From a candidate division WOR-3 bacterium (GTDB lineage: Bacteria; Hydrothermota; Tepidihabitantia; Tepidihabitantales; Tepidihabitantaceae): 64,000 nucleotides of DNA. The notes below the pieces were generated by a model, which saw only the letters and a program-made list of their open reading frames with translations, was not told where the DNA came from and did no database searches. The stretch lies in NCBI GenBank assembly GCA_965648905.1, contig CBFGIT010000003.1, positions 1-64,000 on the forward strand, given 5' to 3'. Below, piece after piece: positions 28,661 through 37,456 of the stretch (within the stretch, counting starts at the first letter, position 1; each line of letters opens with the position of its first letter). The position numbers and the translations under genes were made by a program.

Positions 28661-28680
28661 GGGGCAGGGAAACCTGCCCC
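28661..28680. terminator. GC hairpin between convergent genes
   Basis: ggggcagg-gaaa-cctgcccc; no clear U-tract. Confidence 0.4.
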
Positions 28681-28745
28681 GTTATCACACGTGCTCGGCC
28701 GAGACCCGAAGCCGAAAGCGAACCGGAATCGCCGCCCTGGCTACG

Positions 28746-29171
28746 CTAGTCCCCGCGCACCGGCCGGCCGCGACGCGACCTCAGTCTCTCCCAGAACTGA
28801 CGCGGAGTCAGAATCTGCACGCGACCGATGTGACTGATGGTCAGAAGCTCCCGGTCGCCCGTCACGAACACGTCCACTCGACCGGCCACCGCGGCAGCGA
28901 GTATCGGCAGGTCGTCGCGGTCTGCGAGCTTGACATCCGGCAGCGGGCCGGGATTGGCCAACTCAGCATCATCCCGAAGCAGTTGGACGAAGTCGTCTAC
29001 TATCTCCGGCGGCGCGCCGAACTTCCGGCGCAGCGTCCGGTTCACCTCTGTCAGCACCTGCGGTGAGACCACCAGGTCATGGGCGGCAAGCACCTCTCGC
29101 ATCATGTCGGCGCACAGGCCGCGCGTGGCCGCGGCGCTTACAAGCACATTCGTGTCGAGGAAGACCCTCAC
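28746..29171 (-). CDS. PIN-family toxin (TIGR00305/PIN_3-like)
   Basis: VRVFLDTNVLVSA, DRDDLPILAAA, VTGDRELL, ILTPRQF. Confidence 0.9.
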   Translation of the reverse strand: MRVFLDTNVLVSAAATRGLCADMMREVLAAHDLVVSPQVLTEVNRTLRRKFGAPPEIVDDFVQLLRDDAELANPGPLPDVKLADRDDLPILAAAVAGRVDVFVTGDRELLTISHIGRVQILTPRQFWERLRSRRGRPVRGD

Positions 29172-29389
29172 GACACCGCGTCGAATACGTCTTCGTCCGT
29201 CAGATAGCCGCGCGCCTCGGCAAAGGGCATCAGCCGCTGCCGCGCGGCGTCGAACCGGGCAATCCGGAGCTGGCGGCGCATCGCTTCGCGGGCGACATCG
29301 CTGCGGCTTCGTCCCGATTGTCGGCACGCCCTGACAAGCAGGTCTTCAAGGTCCTTGTCCAGGCGGATGGTGATGGTGCTCGATTTCAT
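29168..29389 (-). CDS. Ribbon-helix-helix (CopG-like) antitoxin
   Basis: TITIRLD...GRSRSDVAREA; GTGA overlap with the PIN gene. Confidence 0.9.
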   Translation of the reverse strand: MKSSTITIRLDKDLEDLLVRACRQSGRSRSDVAREAMRRQLRIARFDAARQRLMPFAEARGYLTDEDVFDAVS

Positions 29390-29393
29390 GTAT

Positions 29394-29425
29394 TACAATG
29401 TAAGTCACGAAGCCCGGGCTGTCAA
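29394..29425 (-). promoter_or_regulatory. Promoter and probable operator of the RHH-PIN operon (leaderless)
   Basis: TTGACA-17-TACATT, 7 nt before ATG; palindrome TTACA-T-TGTAA overlaps the -10. Confidence 0.7.
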
Positions 29426-29493
29426 GTTCCGCCACGCCGCAAGAGAACTCCGAAGCTTGGGGGGCATGCTACTCAATTATCAGCAATCCCGGT

Positions 29494-29523
29494 GACACAG
29501 TATTCAATTATGCTCCTGTCAAG
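29494..29523 (+). repeat. 30-bp direct repeat, copy 1 (partner 31327-31356)
   Basis: gacacagtattcaattatgctcctgtcaag vs gacatagtactcaattatgctcccgtcaag, 27/30 identical. Confidence 0.8.
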
Positions 29524-29608
29524 ACCATGGCACGGCGCACATTCCGGCTGCGTCAGATGTTCAGCCGATGCCAAGGAAGGCCGGGCGGCAAGCCGGTTCG
29601 TTTCTGCA

Positions 29609-29754
29609 GGCGCAACGCAAAGCGCTGAGGCGCGAGCGCTGAGCAGCGGACGGGCGAAGTCAGAAGGCAAAGGCCAAGAGCCAAAGGGCAGAAGGGTGGA
29701 GGAAGCGGAGGCGGACGAAGCGAGAAGTCAGAAGCTAGAGGCTAGAGCGCAGAG
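29609..29754 (+). repeat. Purine-rich heptamer-built direct repeat, copy A
   Basis: Core 29627-29721 matches 30422-30516 at 86/95 positions. Confidence 0.9.
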
Positions 29755-29774
29755 TACCGACTCACTCGCGCTGG

Positions 29775-30131
29775 CTAGTCTCCGCGGATGCGAATCTGGT
29801 GCTCGTCTACAATCCAGAGTCGCCCGGTAACTTCCTCGCTCGCCAGCAAAGGGATAATACGGGCGACTGTCTTCAGAACCTTAGGCTTGTCCTGCCTCGT
29901 CAGGCGGAGTACTATGAGGCCTGGGTAATGGTCAGGCGGATAGTTCCGGATGTTTGCGAAGTCAAGGTCGAGGGTGACGAGCACCCGACCTTCACGTCGA
30001 CAAACCGACACGACCTTCGTATCAATGGCGCCGCCAAGTTGCTGCTCCCCGACGGTCGTCGCGTCATGCCCGGCAGCGCGCAACAGGTCTGCAACCTCGA
30101 TCGGGAGATTTTGGTCGGTCTTGAACTTCAT
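29775..30131 (-). CDS. DUF5615 PIN-like toxin
   Basis: MKFKTDQNLP, GHDATTV, VLVTLDLDF, GLIVLR. Confidence 0.88.
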   Translation of the reverse strand: MKFKTDQNLPIEVADLLRAAGHDATTVGEQQLGGAIDTKVVSVCRREGRVLVTLDLDFANIRNYPPDHYPGLIVLRLTRQDKPKVLKTVARIIPLLASEEVTGRLWIVDEHQIRIRGD

Positions 30132-30139
30132 GCGCCGGC

Positions 30140-30397
<258 letters not shown>

Positions 30398-30404
30398 TCA
30401 AGCC

Positions 30405-30544
30405 GGCGCAACGCGGAGCTAGAGGCGAGAGCGCAGAGCAGCGGACGGACGAAGGCAAAAGGCAACGGCCAAAAGCCAAAGGGCAAAAGGGTGGAGGAAG
30501 CGGAGGTGGACGAAGCTAGAGTGCGGAGCGGCGGACGGGCGAAG
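30405..30544 (+). repeat. Purine-rich heptamer-built direct repeat, copy B
   Basis: Aligns to copy A; both are preceded by ggcgcaacgc. Confidence 0.9.
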
Positions 30545-30573
30545 GGTGGCGAGCGAACTGGCCGCAGGCGCGG

Positions 30574-30792
30574 CTAGACCGCAGGAGTCAGGACCAGGTC
30601 CTCGAGCACGACGCGCCGGAGAATCTGCTCGTCGCCGAACCGCTTGCGCGCGTCGAGTACTTCAATGCCCGCAATCCGGCCATCGGCCGCGTAGTCCACG
30701 GCGATGCCTTCAGCCACGTGCTTGGTCGTCACCGTGGTCTCGATGAACCTGATGTACAGTGCATCTACTTCCGAGTCGTATGATATTCTCAC
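30574..30792 (-). CDS. DUF2283 antitoxin-like protein
   Basis: MRISYDSEVDALYIRF...GIAVDY..DGRIAGIEVLDA. Confidence 0.92.
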   Translation of the reverse strand: MRISYDSEVDALYIRFIETTVTTKHVAEGIAVDYAADGRIAGIEVLDARKRFGDEQILRRVVLEDLVLTPAV

Positions 30793-30804
30793 TTTGGTAC
30801 TCCG

Positions 30805-31062
30805 TTACGATATATAGTACACATAGACCGTCACGACTACAATGGTATCGGGTTCGTCCACAAACACCGGCCGTACCTGTTTGCGTGCGTAGTGGTGACC
30901 GTTCCAGTCCGCGTCGAAGGCGAACTCATAGCGGCAATCGAACCTGCCCCGCTCGACCGGCTGCCATTCGGCTTGCCTGATTGCCTTTACCACTTCTTCC
31001 TCGGTCGCCCCGCGGAAAGTCATGTTCTCGCGGGCGTGACGGGACAGCCGAATCGGCTTCAC
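30805..31062 (-). CDS. DUF4258 (RelE/BrnT-like) toxin
   Basis: IRLSRHARENM..RG.TEEEV, IVVVTVYVYY; usual partner of DUF2283. Confidence 0.85.
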   Translation of the reverse strand: MKPIRLSRHARENMTFRGATEEEVVKAIRQAEWQPVERGRFDCRYEFAFDADWNGHHYARKQVRPVFVDEPDTIVVVTVYVYYIS

Positions 31063-31159
31063 GCAGCGATTCTAGCGCGGCCGGTCGGCCTTGTCCACAC
31101 GACGCCGGACAAAACCTGCCCGTGTGTTTCAAGACGAGGCGGGCGTTATCAGAGGCCAG

Positions 31160-31275
31160 GATGCAGAAAGGCGGACAGGCGAAGCCAGATGCTAGAGGCT
31201 GGAGTGCAGAGCAGCGGAGGGGCGAAGGCAAGAGCCAAGAGCCAAAGGGCAGAAGGGTGGAGGAAGCGGAGGCGG
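31160..31275 (+). repeat. Purine-rich heptamer-built direct repeat, copy C
   Basis: 42 nt identical to copy A (gccaagagccaaagggcagaagggtggaggaagcggaggcgg); one heptamer shorter than A and B. Confidence 0.88.
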
Positions 31276-31326
31276 GAGCAGGACTATGCGAGCAGGTGCC
31301 CGAGCGGAATCGCCCAGAGTTCGGAG

Positions 31327-31356
31327 GACATAGTACTCAATTATGCTCCCGTCAAG
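31327..31356 (+). repeat. 30-bp direct repeat, copy 2
   Basis: 27/30 identical to 29494-29523. Confidence 0.8.
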
Positions 31357-31690
31357 TCCGTGATGGGATTCAAAGTTCAGTAGTTCAAAGTTCAGGGGAC
31401 ATGATGTCTAATTATTGGTCGTCAATATGTGGACACGGCAACCGAAGCCAGAACACAGGCCGCAGGGCGCACGTGGCGGAGCTCCCCGCAAGCAGGAAGC
31501 CGCCATTAGTGGACAGCATCGCAACCTTCGACCACAGTCCATTGTCGTACATTGACGTTGCAAATGGGTTCTCCGCGAGGCTGCTAGGCTCCGACCTAGG
31601 TTCTGGTCGTGGCCGGCGCAGCCGCCCGGTGCGCAAAGGCCGGGTCATTGCGCTCTGGGGACACACGAGGCCGCTGGCGCTTCTCTGGGT

Positions 31691-31719
31691 TTGACAGAGA
31701 CGGTTGACGTGTGTATATC
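31691..31719 (+). promoter_or_regulatory. sigma70-type promoter
   Basis: TTGACA-17-TATATC, about 395 nt upstream of ATG32114. Confidence 0.6.
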
Positions 31720-31724
31720 TTGTA

Positions 31725-32055
31725 GGGCGCGCCGGTTGCCGGAGACGCTTCCGGACCTGAGCGCCTGCCGTGAGTCACCCGCGTGACTTCAACTTCGAGG
31801 TGCATGCAACGCCGTCAACAGAAGACGGAGACAGGAGCGCAGTGGAGTCTTCTGCCAGGTGCGGGGACACAGAGCCCTGCATCGGGCCCAAAACTGCCGG
31901 TCAGCGCCTGCCGCGACCGGGCCCGGACTCCGACGTGGCAAGGGCTCATATGCTTCTGTCGTGCGGACAGCAGGAGCCGCGCGTTCCTTTGCCAGCACCA
32001 CCAAGGTCAATCGTCCAAGATCAGTCCTTTCCGTGCCGGCCGTCAGCCGGCACGA
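31725..32055 (+). ncRNA. Candidate structured leader or ncRNA (no family recognised)
   Basis: At least eight consecutive or nested stems between the promoter and the RBS. Confidence 0.35.
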
Positions 32056-32113
32056 GCTTGTCCAGAGCAAGAAGGGTGTCTGCCCGAACACAAGGTTACA
32101 GCAAGGAGAGAAG

Positions 32114-33211
32114 ATGAAACACAACTGCCTACTCGCGATGGCCATCGTGGCCGTCATCACAACGGCCGCACGGGCCGACACGACGAGGGTTGATGTCAAG
32201 TTGTGGCCGCCGCCCAAACAGCAGCTCACGCAGGATGACCTGTGGAACGCACAACTTACCACCTACGGTGGGCCGGTTGAGGTGCTCCTGAAAGGGTACG
32301 TCATGGTCAAAGGCGACACGGTCCTGCGCGGGTTCGCAAGAAACATGCTTGTGCTCCAGAACGGCATGCGCCGGATTCAATCAACCGACATCACCGGGGT
32401 GCGGGACCTGAAGGTCAAGAAGGAATACGAGGGGTTCACGGTTCGGGGCGGACAGGTTCCGGAAGGGAACTACACCTTCTGCCTTGAGGTGTATGAAGCA
32501 AGCACAGGCCGCAGATTGGGCGGGGACTGCTTTGAGTTTTCGCCCGTGATTCCCGGCGCGCCGAGGCTCGTTTCGCCTAAAGACGGCGACACGATTCGCA
32601 CCGCCACACCGACGTTCGTCTGGACCCCGCCGAGTCCGATGCCGAAGGGCCGCGTGACCTATGAGCTGACCATCGTCGAGGTGCGGCCGGGGCAGACCGC
32701 TGAGGCGGCGCTGAGAGACAACAAACCGTTCTTCAAGAAGACCGGACTCACCACCACCAGCCTGACCTACCCGACCTCGGCGCGTCAGTTCGAAGACACG
32801 CCGATTGGTGGTCAGGGCGGCGGACCCACAAAGCATTACGCGAACATGACTGAACTTCGGCGTCTGCTGGCTGAGTCGCCGGTTGACACCGCTCGGGCGG
32901 CCGCACTCGGCAGAGCCCTGATGAAAGCCATCATTGAGGACGCGACCTACACCGAGCCGCCGCCACCGCCAGAGACTGAGCCAACCGGCCCGGATTCGGT
33001 GTCGGCCAAGGCATATGCCTGGCAGGTGTCCGCGGTCGCCCAAGGCTCGGCAATAGCGAGCGGCGCCGGGCTGTGTTACAAGCCCTCAATAATACGTCTC
33101 GCCGTCCCTCCATTGTTCGACGACCCGGTACCGCCACCGCCGCCGTCCCAACCATGGTGGGTCCGGCTGGGGAAGTGGCTTGACCAGAATCCGTACCCGG
33201 GCTGGCACTAA
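32114..33211 (+). CDS. Secreted Ig/Fn3-like domain protein
   Basis: RBS AAGGAG, signal peptide ending ARA, PRLVSPKDGD..PTFVWTPP..YEL..VE..GQ..YP..AWQV; Pro-rich tail. Confidence 0.7.
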   Translation: MKHNCLLAMAIVAVITTAARADTTRVDVKLWPPPKQQLTQDDLWNAQLTTYGGPVEVLLKGYVMVKGDTVLRGFARNMLVLQNGMRRIQSTDITGVRDLKVKKEYEGFTVRGGQVPEGNYTFCLEVYEASTGRRLGGDCFEFSPVIPGAPRLVSPKDGDTIRTATPTFVWTPPSPMPKGRVTYELTIVEVRPGQTAEAALRDNKPFFKKTGLTTTSLTYPTSARQFEDTPIGGQGGGPTKHYANMTELRRLLAESPVDTARAAALGRALMKAIIEDATYTEPPPPPETEPTGPDSVSAKAYAWQVSAVAQGSAIASGAGLCYKPSIIRLAVPPLFDDPVPPPPPSQPWWVRLGKWLDQNPYPGWH

Positions 33212-33289
33212 GTCCGGTCGCTTCTTGAGGGACGCATCACTAACTCGGCTAACCGGTCATCGTCGTTGACCAAAGGAGGCAAGGTGCGA

Positions 33290-34918
33290 ATGCGTAGTCT
33301 GTCTATGGCAGCCGTAATAGCTGCAACCCTGTTCCCGGCCGTGATGTTGGCCTATCCGACCGTCAGGCTCAAGGTCCCGCCGCCGGGGCGGTACGGCATT
33401 GAGGACTTGTGGAAGGCGACCGTGACGTCGGATACGGTCTGCGACGCCTGGTTTGAAGGGTTTGTGTTCGAGGCGTCGCGCGGCCAGGTGTTCTGGGCCA
33501 AGACGAAACCTTTTCCGCTGCCGAAGGGTACGAGGCTCTACCAGTACAGAGACGTGAAGATAGACAAGACCGAGACTGTGTCCGGGTATGAGGTGTTCGT
33601 CACCCGCTCCGGGCAACTACCTGCCGGAACCTACCGGTTCGTGTTGATACTAAGGCCGTTCGGGGTAGGCGACTCGAACGAGTTCGACGCGGAGCCGATG
33701 GGCCCGCCGCGGCTGATTACGCCCCGTGACGGGGATACGGTCAGGCAGAAGTACCCAACCTTCACCTGGACTCCGCCTGCGCCGATGCCTGCCGGAGGCG
33801 TGACCTACGAACTGAGGCTGGTAGAGATAAGAACGGGCCAGTCGGCTCAGGAGGCGCTGGCCGCGAATCCGCCGTGGTTTGAGCAGAAGGACATCCGTAG
33901 CACCAGCCTGACCTATCCGACCTCAGCACGGCAGCTTGAGGACTTGCAGCCGGGTAAGATGTACGCCTGGCAAGTGACGGCGAAGGCGCGGGACGGAGCA
34001 GAGAGCAGGAGCGAAGTCCATCGGCTGAGCATGGGAGTTGATGTTCTCCCATCTGACACTTCGTACTGTGGTCCAATCGTCGAGCTTGATAGCACCAACG
34101 CCGACAGCCTCATAGTGCTGGGAAGATCTGTCGTAGTAATGGGACGAGACGATTGGCTGTGGGCCAGTGCAGAGCCCGTCATCAATCCTGCGCTGGAGCC
34201 GAGAGGTATGTTACGAGGTTCACCTGACACCTGTGTTCGCTCAGAACCGGCAGGAATCTGGCTGGACCCTCCCGTGAATTCTGCGTTCTGGCTGGGCGCC
34301 GGTGCTCGCGCTTTCCTCGAGCTTCACTGCAGAGGTAAGTCAGGGTGGTTGCGCATAGAGAGCCAGTGGTTCAATGAAGCCACAGGCGAGTGGCTGCCTG
34401 AGAAACCCACGGCCTCCACCCAAGAGCCTTGGATTGTTGGCGATGGCTGGCTGGGTTTTGTCGTCAAGATGGGCAACTCGTCTCGCAGGTGTCGCGGCAG
34501 ACTTGTGGAGCAGACAGAACCGGGCGTGTTCAAGGGCACCTACACTGGCTGGGTCTACTACTACTATGCAAAGAGCGTGTGGGGGGTCGAGAGCTTTGAG
34601 GCGGCCAGGAAGCCTTGGGAACCTTGGCCGGTCATAACTCTGGTTGTGGGGCCAGCGTCGCTGCCCCAAGGAATGCACCGGGTCAGCACACCTGCTGCGT
34701 TCAAGACCGAAGGGGATGGCTACATCCAGGAGTGTAAATGGCTGGTCGATAACCCATACGACGGTCGCATGAGGGTAAGCGTTCAAATGACCGGGCGGCC
34801 GACTGATTTGAATTCCAAGGGTAGTCTACGCTGGGTCGTATTCTGTTCAAGGCTTCCGCCAGTATCCTCGCCACATAGAGAGGACACTGATCCATATCTA
34901 CCCGGCGGTACGAAGTAG
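33290..34918 (+). CDS. Secreted Ig/Fn3-like domain protein with unrelated C-terminal extension
   Basis: RBS AAGGAGG, signal peptide, same motifs as 32114-33211, then about 290 aa with no counterpart in the paralog. Confidence 0.7.
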   Translation: MRSLSMAAVIAATLFPAVMLAYPTVRLKVPPPGRYGIEDLWKATVTSDTVCDAWFEGFVFEASRGQVFWAKTKPFPLPKGTRLYQYRDVKIDKTETVSGYEVFVTRSGQLPAGTYRFVLILRPFGVGDSNEFDAEPMGPPRLITPRDGDTVRQKYPTFTWTPPAPMPAGGVTYELRLVEIRTGQSAQEALAANPPWFEQKDIRSTSLTYPTSARQLEDLQPGKMYAWQVTAKARDGAESRSEVHRLSMGVDVLPSDTSYCGPIVELDSTNADSLIVLGRSVVVMGRDDWLWASAEPVINPALEPRGMLRGSPDTCVRSEPAGIWLDPPVNSAFWLGAGARAFLELHCRGKSGWLRIESQWFNEATGEWLPEKPTASTQEPWIVGDGWLGFVVKMGNSSRRCRGRLVEQTEPGVFKGTYTGWVYYYYAKSVWGVESFEAARKPWEPWPVITLVVGPASLPQGMHRVSTPAAFKTEGDGYIQECKWLVDNPYDGRMRVSVQMTGRPTDLNSKGSLRWVVFCSRLPPVSSPHREDTDPYLPGGTK

Positions 34919-34974
34919 CAGGAGTACCGTATGCGTGCTTCCGTGCGATACCGTGACTGACAAAGGGAGGTGAG

Positions 34975-36708
34975 TTGGCAGGGTTCCCGGTAGCCCTTGT
35001 CCTGATCGCCCTCTCTGCCGGGCCGGTGCGGTTCTCTGGTTCAGCGAGTGTGTCCGGTGAGTATGGTTGGGTCTCGGGTGACCCGCTGGTCGAGCCAAGG
35101 CCGGAGCTGCGGTTCAGCCTGGACCCCACGATTTCGTTCTGGGGCTTTCCGCTTTCGCTCGGCATGAACCTGAGCACGATGGAGTCGAACCTGCGCCAGC
35201 AGTTGAACAAGTATCGGTTCTTCCTGCACCCGTCAGAGTGGGTTGAAGGGATAACGAGTCTTCCCGGGTTCGTGCTTTCAATCAAGAGCCTTGAACTCGG
35301 CTCGTGCCACCCGTCGTGGACGGCTTATACGCTCTCCGGCGCGCCGGTCCTGGGCGGCGCGTTCGAGCTGAATCCATGGTACGTCTATCTTGGCGGGGCC
35401 GCGGGTCGGGCCCAGCGCGCAGTCGTAGTCTCTGACTCGACCGAAGGCGCTTACTCGCGGATGCTCTACTCAGGCCGGTTCGGGTTCGGCAAGAAGGAGC
35501 GCACCCACTTCTTCTTGACCGGCATGTACGTAACCGACGACCCGTCGTCGCTTGAGCACAACCGGTTGCCGATGCCGGGTGATACAACCGTGCCGCCGGA
35601 CAGCTTCGAGGCGGTTAAGCCGCAGGAGAACTATGTTGTCGGCGCGGAGTTCAAGCTGCACCTGTACGATGGCGCTTTCACGCTCGAATCAGAGCTGACC
35701 GGGTCGGAATTGACCCGGGACAACCGGTTGCCGGTTGAGCGCTGGGACTGGTTGCCGGAATGGGTGGCGAGCACGTTCAAGCCGCGGATGTCAACTTCGG
35801 TGGACTACGCGTGGAAGGTCAGGCCGACCGCGAATCTGCTCAACACCAGGGTCTATGGCAGGTTCGAGTTCGTCGGGCCCGGCTACGTCTCGCTCGGCGC
35901 ACCCGGACTGCGCAAGGACAACCTGAAACTGGGCGGTGGTATCGAGCGCGACCTGTTCAACCGGAGTGTGACGCTGACCTGTGCCTACACGACCGAGCGC
36001 GACAATCTGCTCAGGCAACGCGTGACCTGGCAGGATGCGGTTGTGAACGGAGCGGAGACAACATACGTAACAAGAGAAAGGGTTCTGACCCTGAAGAGCG
36101 CGACGACGCGGTTTGCGAACTGGGAGGCAAGCCTCGGCATTTCGTTCCCGAACCTGCCGTACCTGCAGGCCGGATACTACCCTTATACGCAGGCGAGCGA
36201 CAGCCTCGATGAACTGGGCAACGCGGCATTGACCAAGACCATGAAAGGCAACGTTGTCTCGGTGAGCGCCGGGTACAGCTTCCAGACCGGCAGTCTGGCG
36301 CACTCACCAGGAGTTTCCTTCAGCTACAACGACCTGCGCGGTGACGAACCGGACATGGACAACACGAACTGGGACCTGGGCCTGAGTCACGGCCTGGGGT
36401 TCGAGTTCCCGCTGTCGCTTTTTTTGAGCGGCGGCTACAGCCGCTCTGTGTCTGCCTCGGCCAAGCCGGACGAGCGAATCTACTTCGACCTGACGCCTTC
36501 GTACACGCTGTTTCAGGTTTGGCGTAACAGCCTGACTCTCGGCGCGACCTTTGGAACTGCCACCCGGTACGACACGCGGCTTACCTCCTCATTTCCGGTC
36601 TGGAAGATTGCCGACGCGCGCCTGGGTTTTGCCGACGCTATCTACCAGGGCGACGACGGCAGCTACAACGACCTGCGCCTTACCGCGGAGCTTGCCAAGA
36701 GCTGGTAG
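34975..36708 (+). CDS. Putative outer-membrane beta-barrel protein
   Basis: Signal peptide, alternating beta-strand pattern, GPGYVSLGAP motif, terminal W; RBS GGAGGTG. Confidence 0.7.
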   Translation: MAGFPVALVLIALSAGPVRFSGSASVSGEYGWVSGDPLVEPRPELRFSLDPTISFWGFPLSLGMNLSTMESNLRQQLNKYRFFLHPSEWVEGITSLPGFVLSIKSLELGSCHPSWTAYTLSGAPVLGGAFELNPWYVYLGGAAGRAQRAVVVSDSTEGAYSRMLYSGRFGFGKKERTHFFLTGMYVTDDPSSLEHNRLPMPGDTTVPPDSFEAVKPQENYVVGAEFKLHLYDGAFTLESELTGSELTRDNRLPVERWDWLPEWVASTFKPRMSTSVDYAWKVRPTANLLNTRVYGRFEFVGPGYVSLGAPGLRKDNLKLGGGIERDLFNRSVTLTCAYTTERDNLLRQRVTWQDAVVNGAETTYVTRERVLTLKSATTRFANWEASLGISFPNLPYLQAGYYPYTQASDSLDELGNAALTKTMKGNVVSVSAGYSFQTGSLAHSPGVSFSYNDLRGDEPDMDNTNWDLGLSHGLGFEFPLSLFLSGGYSRSVSASAKPDERIYFDLTPSYTLFQVWRNSLTLGATFGTATRYDTRLTSSFPVWKIADARLGFADAIYQGDDGSYNDLRLTAELAKSW

Positions 36709-36714
36709 CCCGGG

Positions 36715-36957
36715 TTGGCTGGTGTCAGCCAGGGACCCCGCGGCAGCAGAACACAGAGTGCCGGAGCTGTATGTCGAGTCGTTGGTGACCGCGCCAGCCA
36801 CGGCAATCGCGCCATCGCGGTAGTCGATGCCGACTGCCTGGGCGTCAGCGCCGAAGTCGAATCGATGCAGCCAGAGCGTATCCTGGGCCGGGCCGACCGA
36901 AGCCGCGGCAAATACCAGGAGCACGGCCAGACTGAAATGTCCTTCTGCTGCTCTCAC
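36715..36957 (-). pseudogene. 5' remnant of a secreted protein gene
   Basis: Strong RBS AAGGGAGGA, GTG, signal peptide, QDTLWLHRFD...AVAG; the frame then runs antisense into the barrel gene. Confidence 0.5.
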
Positions 36958-37129
36958 GGTTCCTCCTTAGGGGGCACAGATTGAATGGATTTCCGCTGTC
37001 CTCGGTAGATAGGTATAGTCAGACCCGTACAGAAGTCAAGCAAGTTGAGAGACTGGACCATCGGGCAGTGGATTGCGCACGCCAGACCGTTGCCTGGTTC
37101 CAGGAATCGAACGGCTCGGTCAGAAGTCG

Positions 37130-37444
37130 CTAGCGCTTTCTCTCGGCCTCGTATTCCTTTTTCTTTGCTTCGAGATCGGATTCAAGCCGCGCGATTTCGC
37201 GATACAGGCGCTTGAGTTCGTCGTCAGGGGTAATCGGTTCTTCCGGAGTCCGGGAAAGTCGGTCGTAGACCCGACCACCGAGCCGGGCCATGGCGCGTTC
37301 GATTTCACGGCTCAGGCGGAAGAGCTCGACTTTGAGCCGGCCGCGGCGTGTGAGGTCCTCGGCCTCTTTGATGGCCGAGCGGGTCGCGTCACCCAGCCAG
37401 ACCCGGACGTCATCCCACAGTGTCTCGATGTCCTTTTTTGCCAT
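37130..37444 (-). CDS. Hypothetical coiled-coil protein
   Basis: RBS AAAGGA; 104 aa; GRLKVE...LGGRVY pattern. Confidence 0.7.
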   Translation of the reverse strand: MAKKDIETLWDDVRVWLGDATRSAIKEAEDLTRRGRLKVELFRLSREIERAMARLGGRVYDRLSRTPEEPITPDDELKRLYREIARLESDLEAKKKEYEAERKR

Positions 37445-37456
37445 TGCTGGTCCTTT

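Noticed and set aside
31895..31915. ggtcagcgcctgccgc as a cobalamin riboswitch B12 box
   Set aside because: Only a loose match; the other conserved riboswitch elements are not evident and downstream genes are not recognisably B12-related.
31859..32113. 85-codon N-terminal extension of the 32114 gene
   Set aside because: RBS and signal peptide point to ATG32114.
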